In this document: one piece after another, positions 1-10,300 of the stretch
Position numbering within the stretch: the stretch's first letter is position 1
Layout of the letters: each line of letters opens with the position of its first letter
NCBI GenBank assembly: GCA_903863935.1
Contig: CAIPDV010000042.1
Coordinates: forward strand, 68,869-132,868
Length of the DNA: 64,000 nucleotides
DNA from: an uncultured Bacteroidota bacterium
Lineage (GTDB): Bacteria; Bacteroidota; Bacteroidia; JABEUT01
Direction of reading: 5' to 3'
Position numbers and translations under genes: made by a program
The notes under the pieces: generated by a model
Told to the model about the DNA's origin: nothing
Databases searched by the model: none
The model's input: only the letters and a program-made list of their open reading frames with translations

Positions 1-289
1 CGACAATTCAAAATCGATACTTTTGGACCCTTCTAATTCATGGGCTTATGTATACAGGGGCTTAATGAAATTAGAATTCCACCATGACTCTATTGGTGCT
101 CTAGAAGACTTTAATATTGCCATTACAAAACCAAATCTATATGAACGCGCATACTTTGAAAAAGGCAGATTGAGCATTTATATGGGACAAAAAGATTTGG
201 GTTGTTCCTACCTTCACAAAGCTAAAGATTTGGGATATACCGAAGCAGATAAAGCAATTCAACAGTACTGTAATCATCAACAGAACTAA
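1..289 (+). CDS. TPR-repeat protein, C-terminal part (truncated by window edge)
   Basis: TPR-like helices (AYVYRGLMK...ALEDFNIAI, AYFEKG...GCSYLHKAKDLGY); frame appears open to window start. Confidence 0.75.
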   Translation, partial: DNSKSILLDPSNSWAYVYRGLMKLEFHHDSIGALEDFNIAITKPNLYERAYFEKGRLSIYMGQKDLGCSYLHKAKDLGYTEADKAIQQYCNHQQN

Positions 290-324
290 GACCTCATAGT
301 TGCCTTGTAATAATTTCATTATTC

Positions 325-332
325 TAACTTTG
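325..332 (+). promoter_or_regulatory. Bacteroidota housekeeping promoter -7 element
   Basis: TAACTTTG matches TAnnTTTG, ~50 nt upstream of ATG 381. Confidence 0.6.
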
Positions 333-380
333 CACTTGCTTACCTATTAAGCATAACGGAATCTTTTACACAGTATTGAT

Positions 381-1019
381 ATGAGGGCCTATTTCCTTTT
401 ACTTATTTTTTTCTCGGTATTTTTTATTGGCTGCCAATCAAACCCTGGTTCTGTTAAGCAAGCTCTTTCAACCGCTTCACAAGATAAAAACAATACACCT
501 GCCAAACCCTATTCGTACTTAAAACTTCAAACACTTGAAGGAAGAGATACATTGTTGAGTTCACTTATGAGAAACAAAGCATCTGTGTTTATCTTCTTAG
601 CTCCTGATTGTCCGTTATCGCAGAGCTATACGCTTACTTTAAACGAATTAAGTAAAATATATTTAAAGAATAACATTTTATTTTATGGAATCTTTCCCGG
701 AACGATGTATTGCATTGAAAAAATAAAATATTTCCGGCAAAAGTATCTGATTGAATTTCCGATTTTGCTCGACACCAATTATACCCTCACCCATTTATGC
801 AATGCCACCATAACCCCGGAAGCCTTTGTGATTGATAGTACAGGCACTATTCTTTATTCCGGAAGAATAGATAATTGGGCTTACGAAGTCAGTAAAAAAA
901 GAGCACAGATAACCGAACACGATTTACAGGACGCACTTGAAAGTATTGTAAACAACAAACCAATTGCAGTTGCAAAAACCAAAGCTGTTGGCTGTTTTAT
1001 TGAAGTCCCTAAAAAATGA
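381..1019 (+). CDS. Redoxin/thioredoxin-fold (AhpC/TSA-like) lipoprotein
   Basis: Lipobox FIGC; DCPLS motif, TITPEAFVID, YSGRIDN and C-terminal AVGC typical of this redoxin family. Confidence 0.8.
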   Translation: MRAYFLLLIFFSVFFIGCQSNPGSVKQALSTASQDKNNTPAKPYSYLKLQTLEGRDTLLSSLMRNKASVFIFLAPDCPLSQSYTLTLNELSKIYLKNNILFYGIFPGTMYCIEKIKYFRQKYLIEFPILLDTNYTLTHLCNATITPEAFVIDSTGTILYSGRIDNWAYEVSKKRAQITEHDLQDALESIVNNKPIAVAKTKAVGCFIEVPKK

Positions 1020-2398
1020 AAAAGTTTTCTGTTATAATTTTTCTTTTTGCTTCCGTTATTTTAATGGTCTATACTTCCTGTCATCAAAAGAAAAAAGGCC
1101 TGCCGGATAAAATTAAATTCAGCGAGAATATTGCCCCAATTATTTACAAGAACTGCATGCCTTGCCATAGGCCAAATGAGCCGGGACCTTTTCCACTCAT
1201 AACCTATGACGATGTAGCCAAACGGGCAAAGATGATAGCCTATGTTACGGGCAAAAAAATAATGCCCCCATGGCCTGCCGATCCAACCTACAGCCATTTT
1301 GCAGGAGAACGTTATCTTACGGATGATGAGATAACCATGATAAAAATGTGGGCCGACAGCGGAGCACCAATGGGTGACCCGAAACTATTACCTGCACCTC
1401 CAATTTTCCCTTCCAATTCGCAATTTGGCAAACCGGACCTTGTTTTAAAAATGCCATCAGCCTATCACATTAAAGGCGATAACAAAGACCATTTTATTGT
1501 GTTTAAGATTCCATACGAGATGGCGAAGGACACGTTCATACGGTTTATTGAATTTGTACCTGACAACCGGAAATACCTTCACCATATGAATGCTCACCTC
1601 ATACAATATAAACCGGGTGCCAAAAAAGATGTTTTTTCGGATGAGGAATATGTAGACCAGGATGCTTTTGACACGCGCGTTATTCATGAAAAACTTGGTT
1701 TAGCCAATGATGACGGTTCGTATCCTTTGCTCACACCTTCGGTTGCAAATTATTTGCCGGGTGTTACTCCTGCACTTTACCCAGAAGGTATTGGTGGTTA
1801 CCGTATGGCAAAGCAAGGAGTTATATATATAAATAACATGCATTACGGCCCGGCTCCGGTTAATGACAGCGATCGATCTTACTTTAATATTTTCTTTTAC
1901 AACAAGCCACCCGTAAGACCTGTAATGGAGTTCCAAATGGGAACCCTGGGAATTTCTCCTGTTGTTCCTCCCCTATCCGTCCCACCCAACACCATTAAAA
2001 AATTCCACACGGAAGCAAGAATGCCACAGGATATTTCAATACTCACGGTAAATCCGCACATGCATTTACTCGGAAAATCGTTTCTGGCGTATGCCATAAA
2101 ACCGGATGGTGATACGATACACCTGGTACGAATTAATAACTGGGATTTCCGCTGGCAATATTTTTACACATTTAAAACCCCGGTAAAAATTCCGAAGGGA
2201 ACATTAATTTACGCCGAAGGGGTATATGATAATACTACGAATAATCCTAACAATCCTTTCACACCTCCACAAACCGTTGCAGAACGGGAAGGCAGCATGC
2301 GAACTACCGATGAAATGTTCCAGTTGATAGTGACATATATGCCTTATAAGCCCGGAGATGAAAACATCCGGATGGATAGCACATATATCAAAAATTAA
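1016..2398 (+). CDS. Cytochrome c + copper type II (PHM/DBH-like) monooxygenase domain lipoprotein
   Basis: Lipobox YTSC; CMPCH heme motif and MPPW; LHHM...MHY, PHMHLLG and DEM copper-ligand-like motifs; ATGA overlap with the redoxin gene. Confidence 0.75.
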   Translation: MKKFSVIIFLFASVILMVYTSCHQKKKGLPDKIKFSENIAPIIYKNCMPCHRPNEPGPFPLITYDDVAKRAKMIAYVTGKKIMPPWPADPTYSHFAGERYLTDDEITMIKMWADSGAPMGDPKLLPAPPIFPSNSQFGKPDLVLKMPSAYHIKGDNKDHFIVFKIPYEMAKDTFIRFIEFVPDNRKYLHHMNAHLIQYKPGAKKDVFSDEEYVDQDAFDTRVIHEKLGLANDDGSYPLLTPSVANYLPGVTPALYPEGIGGYRMAKQGVIYINNMHYGPAPVNDSDRSYFNIFFYNKPPVRPVMEFQMGTLGISPVVPPLSVPPNTIKKFHTEARMPQDISILTVNPHMHLLGKSFLAYAIKPDGDTIHLVRINNWDFRWQYFYTFKTPVKIPKGTLIYAEGVYDNTTNNPNNPFTPPQTVAEREGSMRTTDEMFQLIVTYMPYKPGDENIRMDSTYIKN

Positions 2399-2408
2399 TT
2401 TTTTATGA

Positions 2409-2439
2409 GTTAGATAAATCATTATAATGTTTATCTAAC
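2409..2439. terminator. Inverted repeat between convergent operons (possible bidirectional terminator or operator)
   Basis: GTTAGATAAA-tcattataatg-TTTATCTAAC in an AT-rich gap between stop codons at 2398 and 2480. Confidence 0.4.
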
Positions 2440-2479
2440 ATTAATTTATTATTTATAAATAATATTTAATAAAACCTAT

Positions 2480-4249
2480 TTACCTGAACTGGTAATTAAG
2501 GCCTGGTGCGGATTGCGTTAGCAGTGTAGGCAAGGCATCAGTGGCAATTGCTCTTCCTTCAATCTGCGGTGCAACCGGAGAAAAAACGGAAAGGTAATCT
2601 TCAATAACATCGTGTAGCAACACATGCTGTGGTGCAGGATTATGTACATCAGGCATACGGCAAAGTACATTATCGGGGTCACCTTCGCGCTCGCAGGCAA
2701 GCATGGTGTATGTTTTTGCAGGATCAAGTGGTTGATCGTTTACCAGTACTTCATTTACACGGCTACCCATAGTTGCAGCAATTGTAAAGTTTATTTTCAT
2801 TCCTTTAAAACGCACCAACCATCCGCCGAAACGCTTGGTAGCATCCTTAGCAAATACATTTTCAAGTTCGCGCTCCAGCCAGGTTTTAATCTGTGCACCG
2901 GTAACTTCTGCCATCTTCACTTCGGAATCTACCGGAAGCATGCTCCATAAATATTCCTTGGTTATTTCGGCAAACCCATCCTTCCCCGGCACTAGTGGGG
3001 GGCAAAAGCGGAATCCATTAGAAACTACAATATCTGTTTTGAACCTCCACATAAGGGCATCCGTAATCAGGTTGTCCATGGGGGTTTCAATAATATAATA
3101 ACGCACCAGTGGAGTTTTCGATTTCCCAATCACCACATCCAGGGCTTCTTTATATGGCTCACGGGCCATGGCTACCATCGTTTTCAGTTCCCTGTCTTCG
3201 GCATATTTTTCCGGGTCTACATCAAGCAGCGCATAATTTTCTTCTTTCACCTTTCCGTTTTCAAGTACAATATCCAGTTTACCTATAAAGGATGCAAAAG
3301 CCCCCGGTTCTGTTACTTTCGAATATTTCCCTTGCAGTGGTTCTCTTATTCTTTCATGGGTGTCTGCACCTAAAATATAATCTACCCCTAGTGTGGAGGG
3401 CTGGTCGGCCAGATGCAATTGCTGTGCCAAGCCCATATGGGAAATTACAAACACTAAAGCACACTTCTTTTCTTCCCGCAGAATTTTAATATATTTTGCT
3501 ATATTATATTCCGGTTTGGTAAATTGAATTCCCGAGGAATAGGCGGGAGATTGCCTGATTGGAGTTAGCGGGTCATTATAGCCTATAAACCCAATTCTCG
3601 TTCCGCTTACGTTAAATATTTGATAGGGAGGGAAAATAGATTCGTGTTCGGAATTGCTTTTATGAAACATATTGGCACATACCTTGGCTGCAGCGTATGA
3701 ATTCATATCATGTATCATCATCTTTTTCCCATATACCACCTCCCAGTTGCCCGGCAAAACCAGATCATAATTCATTTTATTAACTAACGGAATAATAGCC
3801 TGCCCTTGTGAAAGAGCTGCTACCGCACTGCCCTGGAAACAATCTCCGCCATCTACCACCAAGGTGTTCATGGGGTTTTGATTGCGCAGTTCGTTTATCA
3901 TGGTTCGGAGTGTAGCAAAGCCGCCGCGTTTTTTGTAAACAGCGTGGCCATTTTCCCAAAAAAATTCATCATGAATATCCAACTGTCCGTGTATATCCGA
4001 AGTATGCAGAATGGTTATATGTTGCGCTTTTCCGCTGGCTATAGTTGGGTTTTTTATAATTTCCTGTATGCTCGATTTATCCTGCAACCAGTATGTAATT
4101 GCAGGAGGTAGGGCAAGCCCTATACCCATTAAACCCATTCCTTTCAAAAAATCCCTGCGGTCACTTGTCTGACGGTGCTTGAAATTTTCATCTACATTTT
4201 CAGCAGTCTGGCAAGTACATTTAGGGTTATCGCATTTGTTGGAAGGCAT
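2480..4249 (-). CDS. SoxB-like thiosulfohydrolase / 5'-nucleotidase-family metallophosphoesterase, Tat-exported
   Basis: Twin-arginine DRRDFLK; DIHGQ, GGDCFQGS, GNWE, SHMG, ADTHE motifs; C-terminal 5'-nucleotidase domain; in an operon with TsdA, YeeE and TauE. Confidence 0.75.
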   Translation of the reverse strand: MPSNKCDNPKCTCQTAENVDENFKHRQTSDRRDFLKGMGLMGIGLALPPAITYWLQDKSSIQEIIKNPTIASGKAQHITILHTSDIHGQLDIHDEFFWENGHAVYKKRGGFATLRTMINELRNQNPMNTLVVDGGDCFQGSAVAALSQGQAIIPLVNKMNYDLVLPGNWEVVYGKKMMIHDMNSYAAAKVCANMFHKSNSEHESIFPPYQIFNVSGTRIGFIGYNDPLTPIRQSPAYSSGIQFTKPEYNIAKYIKILREEKKCALVFVISHMGLAQQLHLADQPSTLGVDYILGADTHERIREPLQGKYSKVTEPGAFASFIGKLDIVLENGKVKEENYALLDVDPEKYAEDRELKTMVAMAREPYKEALDVVIGKSKTPLVRYYIIETPMDNLITDALMWRFKTDIVVSNGFRFCPPLVPGKDGFAEITKEYLWSMLPVDSEVKMAEVTGAQIKTWLERELENVFAKDATKRFGGWLVRFKGMKINFTIAATMGSRVNEVLVNDQPLDPAKTYTMLACEREGDPDNVLCRMPDVHNPAPQHVLLHDVIEDYLSVFSPVAPQIEGRAIATDALPTLLTQSAPGLNYQFR

Positions 4250-4283
4250 ATTTTACCGGTTAGTTAGGTGGTTCAATTTACAA

Positions 4284-4694
4284 TTACTGCGGAAGTTTAT
4301 TACGAATTAAGCCGTAAACAAAAGTCCCTAAAATAGCACTGAGGATGGCAATTACAATAACTGGAACACCACTACCGGCTAAAGCATAAAGAGGGCCCGG
4401 ACAAGCTCCTGTCATAGCCCAGCCAAAGCCGAATATCAATCCTCCAAAAATATTTCCCTTACTGAATTTCTTCGGCTCAATTTTTATTTCTTCCCCATCA
4501 ATGCTCTTTGCTTTGAATTTTTTAATCAGAAAGATGGATGTCATACCCACAGCCATGGCGCTCATCATAACACCATACATGTGGAAGGATTGGAAGTGGA
4601 ACATCTCCTGAATGCGGAACCAGGAAATAACTTCGGCTTTAATTAAAACAAACCCGAAAAATATACCGACCAGTAAGAATCTTAGTAATTTCAT
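4284..4694 (-). CDS. YeeE/YedE-family sulfur transport membrane protein (second of pair)
   Basis: GGLIFGFGWAMTGACPGP motif; start placed at MKLLRF (ATG 4694). Confidence 0.85.
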   Translation of the reverse strand: MKLLRFLLVGIFFGFVLIKAEVISWFRIQEMFHFQSFHMYGVMMSAMAVGMTSIFLIKKFKAKSIDGEEIKIEPKKFSKGNIFGGLIFGFGWAMTGACPGPLYALAGSGVPVIVIAILSAILGTFVYGLIRNKLPQ

Positions 4695-4705
4695 TTTTGT
4701 TGGGG

Positions 4706-5269
4706 TTATAGGTTCATGATTAATGGAAGAATAAACCACGACATAGCCAATCCACCAATAAAAAAGCAACACGTAGCAATCATGGATGGAACTTGGAGGT
4801 TAGATATCCCCATAATGGAATGGCCCGATGTGCAACCCTCGGCATACCGTGTTCCGAAGCCAACAAAGAAGCCGCCAATCACAATCATTATAAAGCCTTT
4901 TAAAGTAAGGAGCGAATGAAAATTGAATATTTCCATGGGATGAAGGCCTCCATAATTTTTAATTCCTAGAGCATTTAAATCAGCAACCGTACTCGGTGAA
5001 ATCCTCACAGGATTGGGGTTTTTAAATATCACTCCACCAAGGAAACCTCCGCCAATAATGCCGATGGCAATAACAACATTCCAGAATTCTTTTTTCCAGT
5101 CGTATTGGAAATAACTGGCTTTATTCGGGATGCAGGCAGCACAAATATGTTTTAAGGAAGAAGAAATTCCAAAAGGTTTGTTTCCTAAAAATAACAGGAG
5201 TGGAACCATCAAACCTATTGCCGGGCCTGCAATATACCAGGGCCAGGGCTGTGATAGTAATTCTTTCAT
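4706..5269 (-). CDS. YeeE/YedE-family sulfur transport membrane protein
   Basis: [14 protein letters not shown] and [14 protein letters not shown] motifs. Confidence 0.88.
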   Translation of the reverse strand: MKELLSQPWPWYIAGPAIGLMVPLLLFLGNKPFGISSSLKHICAACIPNKASYFQYDWKKEFWNVVIAIGIIGGGFLGGVIFKNPNPVRISPSTVADLNALGIKNYGGLHPMEIFNFHSLLTLKGFIMIVIGGFFVGFGTRYAEGCTSGHSIMGISNLQVPSMIATCCFFIGGLAMSWFILPLIMNL

Positions 5270-5293
5270 ATGGCTTTAATTGGGGTTTAAGGT

Positions 5294-6097
5294 TTATGAA
5301 TTGAAACTTTTTTCTGCAATAATATAAATTCCCATCAACAAAACCATCCAACCGAATATGGGTTTAAGTTTTGTACCGGAAATAAATTTGGAAAGCCATG
5401 AACCAACAAATATCCCTGCCAGGGCAAAGGATGAAAAAAGTGCGAGAAAATTCCAGTTAATTTCTACATGTCCGTAAAGATCGCCGGTAAAACCTATTAA
5501 GGAATTTACGGCGATAATAAACAAAGAAGTTCCAATGGCATTTTTCATAGGTTGGCGGGCAATTACCACCAGTACCGGAATAATTAAAAACCCGCCGCCG
5601 GCTCCTACAAACCCGGCAATAATTCCAACAAGCAATCCTTCAAAAGATATAAGCAGGTTACGGCTATTATCCAGCTCGGTAATTGGTTCCTCTGCGTCTT
5701 TGGGTTTTTGAATCATTTTAACAGCTGAAATGATCATGAGGACCGCGAAAAAAATCATGATGCCTATATCCTTAGTGAATACGAAACTTTTTATCGTGAA
5801 GAGTTCTTTTGGAATGGCAGGGAGAATAAATTTACGTGAGACCAATACGCCCACTACGGAAGGGATTCCAAAAATTAGGGCCATCCTGAAATTGAGCAAT
5901 TTCTTTTTCATGTAACTATAGGAGCCAACTAATGCTGAAATGCCAACAATAAATAAGGAATAGGAAGTAGCGAGCACAGGGGAAATACCCATTAGATAAA
6001 CTAAAATGGGTACCGTTAGAATTGAACCTCCGGCACCAATTAAACCAAGTGAAACTCCAATTAAAATAGCCGTAATATACCCCAGGACTATCATCAT
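5294..6097 (-). CDS. TauE/SafE-family sulfite exporter
   Basis: Duplicated GLIGAGGSILTVP / GFVGAGGGFLIIP motifs, AIGTSL, multi-TM. Confidence 0.88.
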   Translation of the reverse strand: MMIVLGYITAILIGVSLGLIGAGGSILTVPILVYLMGISPVLATSYSLFIVGISALVGSYSYMKKKLLNFRMALIFGIPSVVGVLVSRKFILPAIPKELFTIKSFVFTKDIGIMIFFAVLMIISAVKMIQKPKDAEEPITELDNSRNLLISFEGLLVGIIAGFVGAGGGFLIIPVLVVIARQPMKNAIGTSLFIIAVNSLIGFTGDLYGHVEINWNFLALFSSFALAGIFVGSWLSKFISGTKLKPIFGWMVLLMGIYIIAEKSFNS

Positions 6098-6121
6098 GTT
6101 TGCAAAAATAACAATTAAAAA

Positions 6122-7099
6122 TTAGGCTTTCTTAAGCCGCTTCTTAGCTTCTGCAATTGGCTTGAAAGGACCATACTTATGTTGTGCCTCGGGAAAGTTA
6201 TCTATAAAAGGACCGAAGGGATGGTCAACCGGTTTTAAGGAAATATCGGGCCAATCGGAGCTTATATCATGCGTCGGCCTTGGCTGCGAATTAATATAGG
6301 ATGCCACATCCCAGGCTTCCTCATCCGTAAGTTGGGAATTAGGGTAATTGGTGCCATAAGGCATATTGAATTTAGCGTATCCTGCAAGCCGCGAAATCCG
6401 CATCATTCCAGCACCTGCAGTGTAACTATGTTCTCCCCAAAGCGGAGGATATAAATAACCAGTTCGGGCAGGATCTTTCATTCCATCGCCGTTTTTTTCA
6501 TGACAAACGAGACATTTCTGCTCATAGACGAATCTTCCCTTTATGGTATCGGCTGCCCTGTCAAGATATGCCAGTTCCTTTATACCGGAGCCATAGGGCA
6601 CTTTCTTTTTAGGTACATCTTTTCCAACCCACTTAATATAGGCAGTTATGGCTTGCATTTCTTTACTGTTGCTATCTATTGCCTTACCATTCAGGCTGCG
6701 CTGAATGCAATCATTTACCCGTTTGTATATACTTTCAATGGAACCGGAGCGTGCTCGGAATTTGGGATACGTAGAAGCAACGGAAGCATAATTATTTCCA
6801 AAGGGCTTAGTCCCTGCCTGCAGGTGGCAATTCTGGCAATTCATGCCATTGGTAATTTGTGCCACAGTACCTTTTGGGCCAAGGTAATAGGAAGTGTTTG
6901 AAATTAGTTTTTGTCCATAGCGGATAAGGGTTGCATCCGGATTGCCGGAAATGGAAGAAGTGTCTGGGGCATGCCAGATTGAATCAACGGCTACAACAGG
7001 CTTGTTGGCAGCACTATTGCTATTTTGATTGCAGGCGGAAATGATAACTGCAATTATACCAACAAGGCTAAAACATGTAAAAATTAATTTTGATTTCAT
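6122..7099 (-). CDS. tsdA: Diheme thiosulfate dehydrogenase/tetrathionate reductase TsdA (lipoprotein)
   Basis: CQNCH and CLVCH; RVNDCIQRSLNG active-site Cys motif; PPLWG..SY..GAGM; NMP; lipobox IISAC. Start placed at MKSK (7099); the ORF extends to 7144. Confidence 0.85.
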   Translation of the reverse strand: MKSKLIFTCFSLVGIIAVIISACNQNSNSAANKPVVAVDSIWHAPDTSSISGNPDATLIRYGQKLISNTSYYLGPKGTVAQITNGMNCQNCHLQAGTKPFGNNYASVASTYPKFRARSGSIESIYKRVNDCIQRSLNGKAIDSNSKEMQAITAYIKWVGKDVPKKKVPYGSGIKELAYLDRAADTIKGRFVYEQKCLVCHEKNGDGMKDPARTGYLYPPLWGEHSYTAGAGMMRISRLAGYAKFNMPYGTNYPNSQLTDEEAWDVASYINSQPRPTHDISSDWPDISLKPVDHPFGPFIDNFPEAQHKYGPFKPIAEAKKRLKKA

Positions 7100-7356
7100 A
7101 GCAGTCCGGGCCAAAATTTTCAATGAAGTTACAAAGCTATTCATGTTCCTTTAATGTGCATTAAAAAAATGCCTCCACATTCATTTTCAACCCTATTACA
7201 AAAGAAATATGTATCTTGCTAAACAATTAGGCAGTTTAATTAATTCTGTGTGAAATGGTTTGTAAAAGTTTTGAACGTACCCAACCTTTGGAAGTAATAT
7301 ATCGTATCAGTTAACGTTAGGTAGAAGTGTCTATAATAAAATGATGAGGAATATAG

Positions 7357-10300
7357 ATGGAAAATAATTATTCAAATTTGAAATACAGAATAAAAAATAG
7401 GAGGTACATTCTCCTGTTATTTGTCTTAATTACTTTCACTTACAGCAAGAATTTATCCGCCCAAAGTTACTGGATGCAAAAAGGCGGTAGCGGCTCAGCC
7501 GACGAGGGTTACAGTATTTCATTAGATGATAGCGCGAACACCTATACAACGGGATATTTTACCGGCACCGCCACCTTCGGATCATTGAACATAACATGTA
7601 CAGGAGTTTCCGATATCTTCCTTGTTAAAACCAACAGCAGCGGAATTTTCAAATGGGCTGTAAAAGCAGGTGATGGCGGTTCGGACAGAGGCCTTGCCGT
7701 AAAGACCGATAAAAACGGGAATAGTTACCTAACAGGCTATTATTATGGTACGGCAACCTTCGGAACACACACCCTTACCAGCACAGGGTTACAAGATGTA
7801 TTTGTTGCGAAATACGATCGCAATGGAAATGTTTTATGGGTAAGCAGTGCAGGCGGCACCCAATCGGATATTGGTAATGCAATTACCATTGACAACAGCG
7901 GAAACGCTATAATAACAGGGCAATTTGCCGGTAAAGCCACTTTTGGTTCTTATACATTAAACAGCACTGCGAATAATATAAATGTCTTTACTGCTAAGTT
8001 GGATGGCGCTACCGGAAATTTTCTGTGGGCTAAAGGCGGAACCGGACCACATACTGACAGAGGCCTTGGTGTAGCCTGTGATCCTTCGGGAAATGTATAT
8101 GTAACAGGAGAATTTACGGACACCATTACATTCGACAACGTGCATAAAAGCCCGATGTATAATGCAATTTTCCTTATCAAATATAGTAATGCAGGAAACG
8201 AACTTTGGTTTACTGAAGCCGGAGGCGGAACCTACAACATAGCTAATGCCATAGCGGTAGATAATAGTTCAAATATTTACCTCACGGGTAATTTTACAGG
8301 AACGATCACCTTTTTTGCGCAAAGCAATTTTACCCTTACTAACCCCTACCCCAACCGGATTTTTGTTGTGAAGTATGACAATGCTGCAAACTTAATTTGG
8401 GATGTTTCCGATGGTTCAAACAACCCGGTAAGCGCGAACAGCATTAGTTTAGATGCCTCAGGTAATGCCTATATACTGGGCAATTTCGATTGTATTTTTA
8501 ACAGCTACGCTGACCAATACGGCCAAGGCACATTTAATTCTGTAGGCTCACTTGACATATTTGCTGCCGAGTATAGTGGGACTTCAGGCAAATGGCAGTG
8601 GAGCCGACAGATAGGCGGACATGGCAACAACTACGGTTATTCACTTGCCGTATCTGCTGCTGCAGATGTTTATACCGCCGGAAGTTTCGACCAGGATATG
8701 ATCATTACATCGGCGCCTGCGCCAAGCTTTATAGGCTATAATGCAGTTGATACAAAGTATTGCAACAGTACCTATTGCTCAGACCCTAATTACGGTCACT
8801 ATGCGGATTTCAGAACCTATGGTAACCTGGATATCGATATAGCAAAGCCATTTAACCTTGGAAGGCAACCCTACGATTTCTACCTGCGAAATGGTGCAGG
8901 TTGTGACAGGCCCCAGGTAAGTGTTTGCATCAGCACAAGCCTTTCAGGAGCCTGCATGGACACCGCTCAGTTTTGCACAAGCGGTGAGTTGTATGCTATA
9001 ACTAATACATGCTCAACTATCGGACCAAACTTCACCTATCTATGGTCGAATGGTTCCAGGTCGGGTGCAACCAGTGTAAATGTTACAGGATATTATTGGG
9101 TTACTCAAACTTCGGCTGATGGTTGCTTTGTAACCAAGGATACTATTTATGTTATTATCCATCCGCCACCACCCGCTCCATGTATTTCCGATAATGTTGT
9201 TATCAATACTAATTCTACCAATCCGCAGCCAATAAGGTTGTGCGACAAATCGGTTAAACTTACCGGGTGCAATTATGGTAAAGATTCCGCTTATTACTGG
9301 ACGACCCCTAAAATGAAACAGATCGATTCGTTAACTATTACTGTCGGACTTCATTCCGATAGTGGTTACTATTGTTTCAACGTAGTTGATTCGTTTGGTT
9401 GCGTAAATAAAACCTGTGTTTGGGTTGCGATAGACAGCAACCTTTCCAAAATTGTTCCAAAACTAAAATGCCTGACCTGCAAAAATGACACGGCATTCAT
9501 TTGCAAGGGAAGCAGCTTTGTCATGTTCCCATACGATTCAATTACCAACCCATTTGGCAATCCTGCATTATGCATTCCACCGCAATTCGGCACTACCAAC
9601 AAATGGCTGGTTACTCCGAATACAATTGCATATGCCCTGTACACTTATTGTCCTCCGCAAAATTATATGACTCCGTCAGACTCGGGCTGGTATCAGATTA
9701 CCGATTCAATACTACGCCATAACATTTGCGGTAATACCAAGCAAGCCGTTCACGATTCCGTTTATGTTAGATTATATCCACTGCCACCACCAATTTCATT
9801 AACCATTAAAGGTAAATCGCAATTGTGCTCGGGCGATTCCGAATGGGTTTCAGTTTCCGGTTTCAGGCCGTTCAAATGGTCGAACGGCAGCACTATGGAT
9901 AGTATTTTTGTAGGATATGGTACATATTCGGTTTCTGCCAGCGATACAAATCAGTATGGATGTACGACTTCCGGCTTCGCATCTATTAGTATTACGAAAG
10001 CAATTATGACTACTCCGTCTATTTCGTTCTTTCCTTCCAACGGTATCATCTGTCCTGGCGATTCCGTTGAAATAATTGCCACCGGAGGACCCTACCAGGA
10101 ATATAGTTGGTATGGACCAAGCGGACCTATTGCAGCTGACACGAACATTATTTGGGTTAAAAGCCCCGGTAGCTATTATCTTTTCGCATCCGATTCAAAC
10201 CCATGCGGGTTATCAGCCCTCTCAAATACGGTACTGATAGAAGCGTATGCAACTCCCTATATTCAAACGCCGAACACAAATATCTGTCCCGGTGATTCCG

